From Lysobacterales bacterium (GTDB lineage: Bacteria > Pseudomonadota > Gammaproteobacteria > Xanthomonadales > SZUA-5), in assembly GCA_022844165.1 (NCBI GenBank), contig JALHMH010000013.1:32001-96000 (forward strand): a stretch of DNA of 64,000 nt, written 5' to 3'. Made by a program: the position numbers and the translations under genes. Of this stretch, positions 1 to 9,700 are shown piece after piece. Below the pieces are notes generated by a model. The model saw only the letters and a program-made list of their open reading frames with translations, was not told the origin of the DNA and did not search any database. The stretch's first letter is position 1; each line of letters opens with the position of its first letter.

Positions 1-1
1 C

Positions 2-406
2 GACCCAGCAGCAGGACTGCGTGCCATGTACGACCGCAGCGTCGCGGACTCTTCGACCGAGGCGCGCGAAGCGGCACGGATCCCATTGGAACGATCCGAA
101 GCCGCGATATTGCTGATCGCTGGAGAAGCCGATGCACTGTGGGGCGCCGTTGAGGCCAGCGATCGGATTGCCCGATCGCTTGCAGAGCGGGGCTACCGCC
201 ATGAGGTTCAAGTCTTACGTTATCCGGACGCCGGGCACGTGGTTTTCATGGGTCGCACACTTTCCATCAACGACGCTCTGATGGAGCGCATTCTGCCCAT
301 GGGCGGCACGCCAGAAGGCATCGTCGCTGCGGTGAATGACGCTTGGCCGAAATCCGTGAACTTCTTGGCCAGGCACCTTTCCGAACCGTCCGACGCTCAG
401 GAGTAA
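2..406 (+). CDS. alpha/beta hydrolase, BAAT/acyl-CoA thioesterase C-terminal type (5'-truncated by window edge)
   Basis: Frame open from position 2; LLIAGEADALW (catalytic Asp region) and YPDAGH (catalytic His) motifs. Confidence 0.7.
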   Translation, partial: DPAAGLRAMYDRSVADSSTEAREAARIPLERSEAAILLIAGEADALWGAVEASDRIARSLAERGYRHEVQVLRYPDAGHVVFMGRTLSINDALMERILPMGGTPEGIVAAVNDAWPKSVNFLARHLSEPSDAQE

Positions 407-560
407 AGCAAATCTTCGCCAGGTCTTCTCTGGGAACTGTCGACGACACGGTGCTTGAGAGGTCTACATTTCGGCCAGCTCAGGTGTATCGCCACGAGGC
501 TGATTCGGATCGGTCTTCCAAGATCGTAGACTCTGGAGCGCCTCCTCCACTGAGCATTCG

Positions 561-1463
561 GTGATGGTCAAAAAATCGCGGATCTGCAACGCATTCGCCG
601 CTGCATTGCGACTCGCAACGTTCACGACGGCGACGTTCGCCTCGCCGATCTGCGCGCAAGACGCTGCGACGCCGCGAACCGTCAATGTGGGCGGCCAGGA
701 GCGAAAATTCAATCTTTTCGCGCCGTCAGGACTTAAACAAGCGCCATTGATCATCACACTGCATGGCCACGGCCAGTCTGCAAAACAGATCGAGACCTTA
801 TCTGGCTGGAACGCTGTCGCTGCGGCAAACGGGGCCGTGGTGGTCTATCCGCTCGCGCGGGGTGCACGTTGGCGGATTTTCGGGGACACGAGCCCGGATG
901 TGGAGTTTCTCCTGGCGCTGATCGACCACTTGTCCTCCGAAGACCTGGTGAATCCAGCACTGGTATTTGTCAATGGTTATTCGGGCGGCGCTCAGATGAG
1001 CTGGCGGTTTGCCTGCGAGGTACCCAACCGAGTCGTGGCGGCAGGATTCGTGGCCGGTGCAGCACCCAATGGGTGCGGCCTCGGTCGAAAGCCGCCCGTC
1101 ATCATGTTCCACGGCGAAAAGGACCTTTCCTTGCCTTATAAAAACGAGCGCCGCACGTTGCCCATTCCGGAACTCGGCCGTGCATGGGCAGCGCGGGCGG
1201 GCTGCGACCCTCAGGAAAGCGTCGAACGACTCAGCGATGCGCCACGTCTTGCCGAAGGCGTACGATTGCACCGCTGGGTTTGCGACCCCGATGCACCGGT
1301 TGAACTTTTCAGTTTCAAACGCGGAGGTCACGATTGGCCCGGCGATGAACACAACACAGGCAGCCGTTCCGTGGATGCAACGGCCTTCATGTGGGACTTC
1401 TTTCGTGCACACGCCCGATCCGTCGAAAAACGTCGAAACGTCCCGGCCGGATTGACCAACTGA
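561..1463 (+). CDS. secreted LpqC/PHB-depolymerase-family esterase
   Basis: Signal peptide; LHGHG oxyanion motif, GYSGG nucleophile elbow, FHGEKD and GGHDWPG completing a Ser-Asp-His triad. Confidence 0.75.
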   Translation: MMVKKSRICNAFAAALRLATFTTATFASPICAQDAATPRTVNVGGQERKFNLFAPSGLKQAPLIITLHGHGQSAKQIETLSGWNAVAAANGAVVVYPLARGARWRIFGDTSPDVEFLLALIDHLSSEDLVNPALVFVNGYSGGAQMSWRFACEVPNRVVAAGFVAGAAPNGCGLGRKPPVIMFHGEKDLSLPYKNERRTLPIPELGRAWAARAGCDPQESVERLSDAPRLAEGVRLHRWVCDPDAPVELFSFKRGGHDWPGDEHNTGSRSVDATAFMWDFFRAHARSVEKRRNVPAGLTN

Positions 1464-1610
1464 CGAGCAACGCTTCGCCCCGGAGCGTCGCGCATCTTGT
1501 CGCTCCTGCGTTGAGACCCGTCTGGTCAAGAACGCAAGCGCCGACACTTTTCTTCACGCAGATTCGCCGTCGCGTTGGTAGCCTAGCGGGAGTTCCTGGG
1601 AGTAGCAGTC

Positions 1611-4088
1611 ATGAAGATTTCTAAAGGTGTCTTGAGCCTGGGTTTGATCGGCGCCGCGGCAATCGGCTACGCAGCCTGGGAGGACTGGAATCGCGAGCCA
1701 GATCTGCCAGGGCCACTAATCCGCGGCGGCATTGTCGACAAAGAGACATTCATGCTCAGGCGCGCCGAACAGACAGCACTAAAGCGCGGCATTGACCCGG
1801 AGAAGGCGATTTTGTACTCGCCCAAGTGGCGCCAGGATGCGATCGCGGCGTTGGATGCGCGTGTTGCACGTGCGCCGCTCGCCGGTGGTTCATGGCGGGA
1901 ACTTGGCCCAGCCCCGACGCCGAATGGACAAACGGTAGGCACCGTAACGCCTGTCTCCGGCCGGGTGATTTCGATCGCCGTCCATCCCACCAATGCCGAT
2001 ATCGTCTACGTAGGCACAGCAAGCGGCGGACTCTACCGATCCGTCAATGGCGGCACCACGTGGGTGCCTTTGATGGACACCGCACTGTCGTTGTCAATTG
2101 GTGCTGTGGCAATCGCACCCTCAAGTCCTGATACGGTGTACGTTGGCACCGGCGAGCCAAATTTTTCACTCGACAGCTTTTTTGGCGTCGGCGTGTATCG
2201 CATCGACAACGCCTCGGGCGCTAACCCCACGCTGGTGGGACCACTGAACCAAAACGGTTCAGGCAACGATGTGTTCAGCGGTCGATCAGTCAGCGAAATT
2301 CAGGTTCATCCTACGCAACCAGGCACCATCTTTGTATCGACAACGTCTGGCGTGGGCGGCTTCGGCGTCGCATTGCCCGGCGCCCAGCTACCCCAGCGCG
2401 GCGTATTCAGATCGACCAACGCCAACAGCGCATCGCCAACTTTTTCGCGCTTGGGCAATCTCGCCGGCGGTGGCGACTTCAGTGTCCGCGACATCGTCAT
2501 CAGCCCGCAGAACCCCAACTTCCTGGTGGCCGCCATTGCGGTACCGAACAACGCCCTCGCCGGTTTGCATGTGAGCACGGACGCGCTGGCAGCAACGCCG
2601 ACATTCACCCAGCGTGTGAGCTACACCGGCGTATCGACCAGCGAGAGCAACGCCGAGCTCGCTATTCAACACGCGGTCGGAGCGGCCAACCCAACCGTAT
2701 ACGCTGGCACGGGCAATCTCGGTGGTCGGGTGTTGATCAACACCGACGGAGGTACCACCTGGACACAGCAGATCGATAACAACTTCTGCACGCCACAGTG
2801 TTTTTATGACATCGCCATCGAAGTCGCGCCGAACGATCCTACGCGCGTCTACCTGGGCGGAGCGCCGGCCGTGCCTTTCGCCTTCAGCACCAACAGCGGT
2901 ACCTCGTTTACGCTGTCGCAAAATGGCCTGCACGTCGACACCCATGCCATCGCCGTCGCGCCCGGCACACCAACCACGCTTTATCTGGGAACAGATGGCG
3001 GCATCTACAAATCCACCAACAGCGGCGGCACCTGGACTGTACTCAACAACAGCACCTTCAGCGCCACGCAGTTTCAAAGCATGGATACGCACCCGCTGGA
3101 TCGGCAGTTCTTGATTGGTGGAACGCAGGACAATGGCACGAAGATGCTACGCCCCGATACCAGTTGGTTTCGCATTGACTTTGGCGACGGCGGTTTTGCG
3201 CTGATCGATCAGAACGCAACCAATACCACCGATGTGCGTATGTACCACACATACTTCAACCAAACGAACGCGATGGGCTACGCGCGTGTGACCAACGTCG
3301 CGAATGCCGTCGATAACGGTTGGACGTTTTTTGGCTGCGGGTTCGGCGGTTCAACGCCGAACGGCATGACGTGCTCGGCAAGCTCGATCTTGTTCTATGC
3401 GCCGATGGCGCGGGGCCCGGGCAGCCCGAATAACACCATCTATTTCGGCTCGGATGTCTTGTACCGATCGAGCGACGGCGGCACCACGATGAGTAAAGTC
3501 AGCCAGGAGCCGATTACCTCGGGTCAGCCCATTACCGCGATCGCTATTGCGCCGAGCGACGACAACGTACGCATTGTGGGTCTGCGCAACGGCGGGTTAT
3601 TCCGCACCACGAATGGCACTTCGCCATTGGTATCCGTCGATCCGGTTGGCGCGGGCAGCGTCATCCCGGATTGGTTCATCGGCCGCATTGCGATTGATCC
3701 CACCAACAGCAACGTCGCCTATGTGGCGCTCTCGGGTTTCCCCGGCGCCGGCCAGGTGATTTATAAGACCAGTAACTTGCTCGCAGCCACACCCACATGG
3801 ACGGCGTCGGCGAGCGGCCTGCCGAATGTGCCTGCAACCGCAATGGCGATTGATCCGGCGAACAATAATCACGTTTATGTTGGCACCGACATCGGCGTGT
3901 TCGCATCCTTCGATGCCGGCTCGACCTGGGAGCCCTACGGCACAGGCTTACCGCGCGTTCCGGTCTTCGGGATGGGCTTTCAGGCGCCGCTGGCGCCAGG
4001 TGGCAGGCAAGCCCTGCGCATTGCCACGCACGGCCGCGGCATCTGGGAGATCACCTTTGATAACTTGTTTGCGAATGGGTTCGAATGA
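1611..4088 (+). CDS. secreted BNR/Asp-box beta-propeller protein (VPS10/GH74-like)
   Basis: N-terminal hydrophobic segment; repeated Asp-boxes (SVNGGTTW, TDGGTTW, STNSGGTW, SFDAGSTW); ATHGRGIW near the end; C-terminal DNLFANGFE. Confidence 0.75.
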   Translation: MKISKGVLSLGLIGAAAIGYAAWEDWNREPDLPGPLIRGGIVDKETFMLRRAEQTALKRGIDPEKAILYSPKWRQDAIAALDARVARAPLAGGSWRELGPAPTPNGQTVGTVTPVSGRVISIAVHPTNADIVYVGTASGGLYRSVNGGTTWVPLMDTALSLSIGAVAIAPSSPDTVYVGTGEPNFSLDSFFGVGVYRIDNASGANPTLVGPLNQNGSGNDVFSGRSVSEIQVHPTQPGTIFVSTTSGVGGFGVALPGAQLPQRGVFRSTNANSASPTFSRLGNLAGGGDFSVRDIVISPQNPNFLVAAIAVPNNALAGLHVSTDALAATPTFTQRVSYTGVSTSESNAELAIQHAVGAANPTVYAGTGNLGGRVLINTDGGTTWTQQIDNNFCTPQCFYDIAIEVAPNDPTRVYLGGAPAVPFAFSTNSGTSFTLSQNGLHVDTHAIAVAPGTPTTLYLGTDGGIYKSTNSGGTWTVLNNSTFSATQFQSMDTHPLDRQFLIGGTQDNGTKMLRPDTSWFRIDFGDGGFALIDQNATNTTDVRMYHTYFNQTNAMGYARVTNVANAVDNGWTFFGCGFGGSTPNGMTCSASSILFYAPMARGPGSPNNTIYFGSDVLYRSSDGGTTMSKVSQEPITSGQPITAIAIAPSDDNVRIVGLRNGGLFRTTNGTSPLVSVDPVGAGSVIPDWFIGRIAIDPTNSNVAYVALSGFPGAGQVIYKTSNLLAATPTWTASASGLPNVPATAMAIDPANNNHVYVGTDIGVFASFDAGSTWEPYGTGLPRVPVFGMGFQAPLAPGGRQALRIATHGRGIWEITFDNLFANGFE

Positions 4089-4251
4089 AGCACTTCGCGT
4101 AACGGCAAGCGCAGACCAACCTGCGTGAGTACGCCAGCTCTCGATACGAAGCGCTGGCGCGGCTCGGAATGTATGGTGAATGATCGCTCCGATCGGAGCC
4201 TCATTCGCCCCGAGCCGGGACACATGCCGGGTTGCGAAGCGACAATCGATC

Positions 4252-4761
4252 TTACCTGAACAATTTCCCAGGCAAACCCAATCTCCCAGCCACCTCGCGC
4301 TGATGAGCGTGAGTGATCGCAACGGCCAGCGCATCGGCTGCGTCGGCTCTCATGGTTGACTTGATGTTCAGCAAGATGCCGATCATGTATTGCACTTGCG
4401 CTTTATCGGCGCCGCCCGAACCAACGACCGCGTTCTTGATGTGGCGCGGCGCGTATTCGCTGACGGGCAACAAGGCATTGACGCACGCACAAATCGCTGC
4501 TCCGCGTGCCTGGCCGAGCTTTAGAGCGGACTGCGGATTCTTCGACAAAAAGACCGTCTCAACGGCCACCTCATCGGGTCGGAAGTCGGCTATGGCGCGA
4601 CTGACGCCGTCGAAAATGTCCTTGAGCCGAGTGGGAAAATTCTCATCATAGGTTTCCACAACCAGATGCTCGACGTGCTTCAAAGATCCGCGTTCGACGC
4701 TGATGATACCCAGGCCGGTGCGCCGCGAGCCTGGGTCAATGCCGAGTATGCGCGTTACCAC
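4252..4761 (-). CDS. ruvC: crossover junction endodeoxyribonuclease RuvC
   Basis: ILGIDPG, VAVE, LKLGQARG, GGADKAQV and DAADALAVAITH motifs. Confidence 0.96.
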   Translation of the reverse strand: MVTRILGIDPGSRRTGLGIISVERGSLKHVEHLVVETYDENFPTRLKDIFDGVSRAIADFRPDEVAVETVFLSKNPQSALKLGQARGAAICACVNALLPVSEYAPRHIKNAVVGSGGADKAQVQYMIGILLNIKSTMRADAADALAVAITHAHQREVAGRLGLPGKLFR

Positions 4762-4818
4762 GCGATCTGACGCCCAGACGCAACCCTGTCAACACACATG
4801 CCAACCGGCGCTGCGCTA

Positions 4819-4982
4819 GAGTCCCTGACGGAGACTGATCTCGACAAATGAGTCAAATTTTCTACGAAGCGGCTTTGGCTTTTGAAGCCCCCTTGAGTCA
4901 AGGGGGCGCGCGGAGCGCGGGGTTGTGGCGAGTACGCTGTCGGACGAAGCCAGCAATGCTCGTCGGTCTGAGGCGAAGCCTC
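4819..4982. mobile_element. MITE-like element family A, copy 1 (short form)
   Basis: Begins GAGTCCCTGACGGAGACTG and ends GTCTGAGGCGAAGCCTC (imperfect terminal inverted repeats). Flanks are GCTA/GTTA. Homologous to 4987-5213 and 53290-53522. Confidence 0.65.
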
Positions 4983-4986
4983 GTTA

Positions 4987-5213
4987 GAGTCCTCAATGAA
5001 GCTGGATCTTGTCATTTGAGTCGGTTTCTTAGAAGCGGCTTTGGCTTTTGCAGCCCCATAACTTAAGGCGGTGAGACTCGGCACACGCCGCAGGCGTGTG
5101 CCGAGTCGAACGCCCGGCGGCTGCGCCGCTGGGCCGGAAATGCGAAGCGCGGGTTGTGGGAAATACGGTGTCTTGCGAAGCCAACAATGCTCGGCGGTCT
5201 GAGGCGGAGCCTC
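4987..5213. mobile_element. MITE-like element family A, copy 2 (long form, tandem to copy 1)
   Basis: Same ends (GAGTCC...GAGGCGGAGCCTC), flanked by a GTTA direct repeat (4983-4986 and 5214-5217). Carries the internal GGTGAG double-hairpin module. Confidence 0.65.
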
Positions 5214-5331
5214 GTTAGTTCTGCATTGCAATTGAAACATCCAGCGCATCGTCGGGACTCGGCGAACTCAAACTTTGAGCGTGATCCAGATCGCAGGAAC
5301 CGTCAAGAACAAAGAAACCGGGGTACGACGA

Positions 5332-5751
5332 TCAATCGCCCACGGAGCAACGATGCATACGATCGAGCTTACGCTGCAACCACCACGCGAGTAGATGGTG
5401 CAGCCCTAAGGCACTGACCAGCCAGCGATGGCGCGCCATATGCGCATACAGAACGCCTAGCGGGCGCTCGAACCGACCGAGTGCATTTGCCATGGCTAGA
5501 AAACCGATTCGCCGATACACAGCCGCGAATGCGGGTACGCCAATATGCATCGTCTCGCCTTCTACGACATGCAACCTACCCATCAGTTCGGCCCGGGCAA
5601 ACGTGCGCTCTCCAAAACGGACCTCCACGTCCCTGCCACTGATATCGATCAATCGCACGGCATCCATCCGAGCGACGGCCATGGTTTCCATTTCGGCCCG
5701 GCAAACGGGGCAGCTTGCATCGTAATAGACGGTCAATGGTGGCTCAGTCAT
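5332..5751 (-). CDS. DCC1-like thiol-disulfide oxidoreductase (DUF393)
   Basis: MTEPPLTVYYDASCPVC (DxxCxxC); RLHVV...GVPAF...Y..MARHR pattern. Start moved to ATG 5751. Confidence 0.8.
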   Translation of the reverse strand: MTEPPLTVYYDASCPVCRAEMETMAVARMDAVRLIDISGRDVEVRFGERTFARAELMGRLHVVEGETMHIGVPAFAAVYRRIGFLAMANALGRFERPLGVLYAHMARHRWLVSALGLHHLLAWWLQRKLDRMHRCSVGD

Positions 5752-5790
5752 GCGGTTATGATCCAACGAATTCGGTGAAGGAGCCGCAAC

Positions 5791-6687
5791 ATCGCACGCG
5801 TACTCATTCTTGGTGGTTCCGGTTTCATTGGTCGCCATGCCGTTGCCGCCGCCCTGGCCAGTGGCCTGAACGTCACCATCGCCAGCCGCTTTCCCGAACG
5901 CATCGCGCATAAACTGCCGCAATCCGCACGTCACTGCCCACGCATCGCAGTGCACATGGAGCAACTGGCGACGCCATCGCGCTGGCTTCCCATTCTCGGC
6001 GAGCATGACGCTGTGATCAACTGTGTGGGAATTCTGCGACAACGCCGCGGCGAAACCTATGAGGCCCTGCACCATTTTGCGGTCGCAGCGCTGGCCAGCG
6101 CCTGTGGTGACCGACGCCTGGTGCATGTCTCGGCGCTTGGCCTGGAAGCACCCGCAAGAAGTCGATTCCTGACAAGCAAACGACGCGGGGAAAGGGCGTT
6201 GATGCAATCGCCCGCCGACTGGTTCTTGGTGCGCCCTTCGTTGCTCGATGGCCAAGGGGGTTTCGGCGCGAGCTGGCTCCGCAGCGTGGCGCAGTGGCCC
6301 GTGCATCCGCTTCCCAGCGCGGCACGCGGGCGCGTCGCTGCATTGGACGTTGCCGAACTGGGCGAATGCCTGGCGGCAATTGTCTGCGCCCCGTCTGCCG
6401 CTCGCCCCGTCGAAGAACGCATTGTCGAACTTGGCGGCCCACAACAACTCACGTTAGTCGAGTACTTGCGCGCCTTGCGCCGACCGAAACCGGACGCGGC
6501 CGTGCTACCTGTTCCCAATTGGCTGGCAAGAATCACGAGCCACATCTGCGATGTGCTGCACGTCACGCCATTTTCATACGGCCACTGGGAACTTCTGCAA
6601 CGGGACAACCTGCCGTCCAACAATCGAACGGCAGAGTGGCTGGGGCGTAAACCAAGGCCAATCGGCCCGCACGCAGGATCGCATTAG
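5791..6687 (+). CDS. NAD(P)-dependent epimerase/atypical SDR (NDUFA9-like), apparent ATC start
   Basis: The frame of ORF 5950-6687 extends upstream to RVLILGGSGFIGR (Rossmann motif) after an in-frame TGA at 5776. AAGGAG lies 7 nt before ATC 5791. VINCVG, VHVSALG, SKRRGE and VRPSL motifs. Confidence 0.75.
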   Translation: MARVLILGGSGFIGRHAVAAALASGLNVTIASRFPERIAHKLPQSARHCPRIAVHMEQLATPSRWLPILGEHDAVINCVGILRQRRGETYEALHHFAVAALASACGDRRLVHVSALGLEAPARSRFLTSKRRGERALMQSPADWFLVRPSLLDGQGGFGASWLRSVAQWPVHPLPSAARGRVAALDVAELGECLAAIVCAPSAARPVEERIVELGGPQQLTLVEYLRALRRPKPDAAVLPVPNWLARITSHICDVLHVTPFSYGHWELLQRDNLPSNNRTAEWLGRKPRPIGPHAGSH

Positions 6688-6705
6688 CGGAGCCATCCCG
6701 CTGGC

Positions 6706-9700
6706 TCATTGCGGCTCAACCACGACGATGCGTCGAACAACGGGCGTGCCGATTGCACGATTCTGTGGCCGATACATATCTTCGGCGACGGACGCTGGAA
6801 CGCTATAGGTGCCTGGCGAAACCGCACGCACCAAATAGTAGAGGTCGGTACTCGAACCGGCACTCAGCGACAGCGCAGCGACATAGCGATCTTCCCGGTA
6901 TTCCTGATAGCGAAGATTCGAACCATAGCTGCGCCACTCGTCCAGATTCGTACCATCGATTGTCAGTTCCGCGAGCTGCTTGCTATCCATCAGATTCAGA
7001 TTTTCGATCTCCAATCCGCCAGCGAGCGCGTCGGTCACCAACAGGTCCGACAACTGTTCCTCAGCGTCGATACGCAAATGCACAACCAACCCCTCACCTT
7101 CGGTCAGCGAGTCCCCGACAAACGCAGCGCCACCGTGCCGGAACCAACGGGTTGTGATGCGCACTCCGTTGCTGACCGGCGCCGGCGCTGCCAATGGTAT
7201 GCCTACGGTGTCTTGTGCAAGGAAAAACGTGCCAGTGCTGCTGACATTTAAGCTGGCACCTGCACGCAGGTCTTCGATGACGAGATCGCGCGTAAACCAG
7301 CCATCCACCTTGAACCCCTCACGTTGGGATCCAACCACCAGCTCGCCAGCCAATGGGGCCGGATTGGCAGCCAGTGCCTTTGCCAGCTTGATCAACGCAA
7401 GTTTGTCGTGCGTATTCAAAAAGAGCGACCCGCGAGCTTCGCGACTCACTTCGATCACCCGACCAGTCTCGGACTGGGGCAACAGATCGTGCTCGATGGC
7501 GACCGCCAGCGCGGCAGCACGGTCGCCAACGGCAGAAAAATAATCGCCGTAATACTCAGGGCCACGAGCGTATCGGTCGTTCAGCGCCTTTTGCGCAGCC
7601 TGCTGCGCCCGCGGAAGGTCTCCGGCCAGTTTCAGCGCCGCTGCCAGACGCATCAATGGCAACGGCCCGCGTGCACCGTCAGTCGACGAATCGAAGACGT
7701 TCCGCAACGTGCCCAATGGCGCCTGGTTCACGCGCGCCAGCACGTATCCTGCATGCGCATTGAACGCCAATTTGATGTGCTCGCCTACTTCACCCCAGCC
7801 ACGTTCCCATGACTGTGTGCCGCCGGCCAGAAGATCTTCGCGCAGACGTTCAAGGGAGCGTTGCAGCAGCCGTGCCGGTACCGCATATCCAGCGCTTTGC
7901 GCATCCTGCAGAAACTCCACGACGTAGGGCGTAATTTGCGGATCTGAGTAATCGCTTCCCGGCCAGAACCCAAAATGACCATTGTCCAATTGCATCGAAC
8001 TGATTCGATCGATGGCATAGGCGACGTTCGCTTCACGCTTCTCAGTATCAAACGCAACGCCAAGTTTGCCTGCGCTCGCCTCGCCGACGAGCACATACGG
8101 GTATCCCTTGCTCGTCGTCTGTTCGATGCATCCATAGGGGTATTCCGCAAGATCAGCAATCAGCTGATTCACCGCCAGCGGCGCGCGCGTCGATGCGCTG
8201 ACGCGCGATCTCAGGCTGCTGGGGGCCAGTCCGTCGACAGATTGCGAGAGATCGACCTCGGTTGCGCCCGTTAGTTGTTCGAGCCGTGCGACTCGTTCCG
8301 GCGCGTGCGTAGAACGAACTGCGATTTCGAACTGTCGATTCAGTTCGACATCTCCGCCACGTGCGCTTAGGGCAAACTTGCCAATGCCGACGTCGCTCAG
8401 TGCGCGCAAGGCGAAAGACAGCGTGGTTCGCTGATCGACAGCCATCCGAAGACGGCGCGCAGCGTCGTCGATCGCGATCGGTCCGCTCGCTGCAAATCCC
8501 AGTGTCAAGTCCAGTGGTTTGCCCGACAGATTGTGCAGATCCAGAGTCAACCTGGCCGTATCGTCCGGCGCCATGACTCGAGGCGTGCTGACTTCCGCCA
8601 GCAAAGGCGCACGCACCAGAGTTTCGACACTGGCGGAGCCGAACCGATCAGCGGAGAACGCCACCGCCGAGACGCGAAGCGCGCCGTTGAAGTCGGGCAC
8701 ATTCAAGGTCACTTCCGCATGACCCGCGGCATCAAGCGAAACTGCGCCGGAGAACAGGTCTACCGTCAGGACCTTCGCCGTGGGCCGGCGCGCTTGTGGC
8801 AATCCCGGCACAGCCAGATCGCCGCCGAATTTCAAGCGCGCACGTTCTCCAGCAAGCGCTTCGATGATCCGACCGTACACGTCGTAAGCATCAATCGCAT
8901 AACGACGTTTGCCAAAAAACTCTTTGATCGGATCAGGCACTTCGAATTGCGTGATGTTGAGAATTCCCTGATCGACAGCTGACACCGTGACCTGCGCGAC
9001 CTGATCGGCCAGGCCCGGCGCATTCACCGAGACTTTCAGCGGCTGGTTGGGTCGAATGGCGGCCGGTGCATTCAGCGCGAGTTCGACATTACGATCGGAC
9101 CGATCCCAGGGCACATGCGCAATCCCCACGGCACGGGAAGGTGTGATCTTGTCCTTGGACGTGCCTGGACGGAACACGAGCGCCGTTACGTATAGATCGT
9201 GACGTTGCCAATCCGAATCCAGTGTCACATCGACAGCGACCCCGGGCCGCGCGTCGAATTCGATGCTGCGCAAAACCCGATCGGTCTCGACCAACAGCAA
9301 GCCTGGGCCCGAATGGGGTGGCGTGATGGTTGCGGTCAGGGTATCGCCCACTTTGTATGTGGTCTTATCGAGCGCAACTTTAACCTTCTCCGGCCGAGCG
9401 TCGACACCGCGGTTGTCGTCATCGAAAGACCAGCCGACGTTAAACGCAAAGCGCGTCGTCAAACCCGTTTCTGGGTCGGTGATTTCGATGCGATGTGGGC
9501 CCCAGGATGCGTTGAAGACCAGGCTGCCCGGGTTGTCTCCAGGTATCTCCAGCGTCTGCGACTCGACCTCGACGAAACTCTGTGTGAAATCGACCTTCCA
9601 GCCGAGGTTCTCGTCATAGTTCCAGGTGTAGTCGCGGTCCTCACGAATCAGCCTGGCGACCAGTCCTCGCGCCGCAACACGCGTGCCGTCGGCCTTGACC

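Noticed and set aside
4755-5249. ORFs across the family A repeats (also 53368-53760)
   Set aside because: They coincide with non-coding hairpin repeats and have no recognisable domain.
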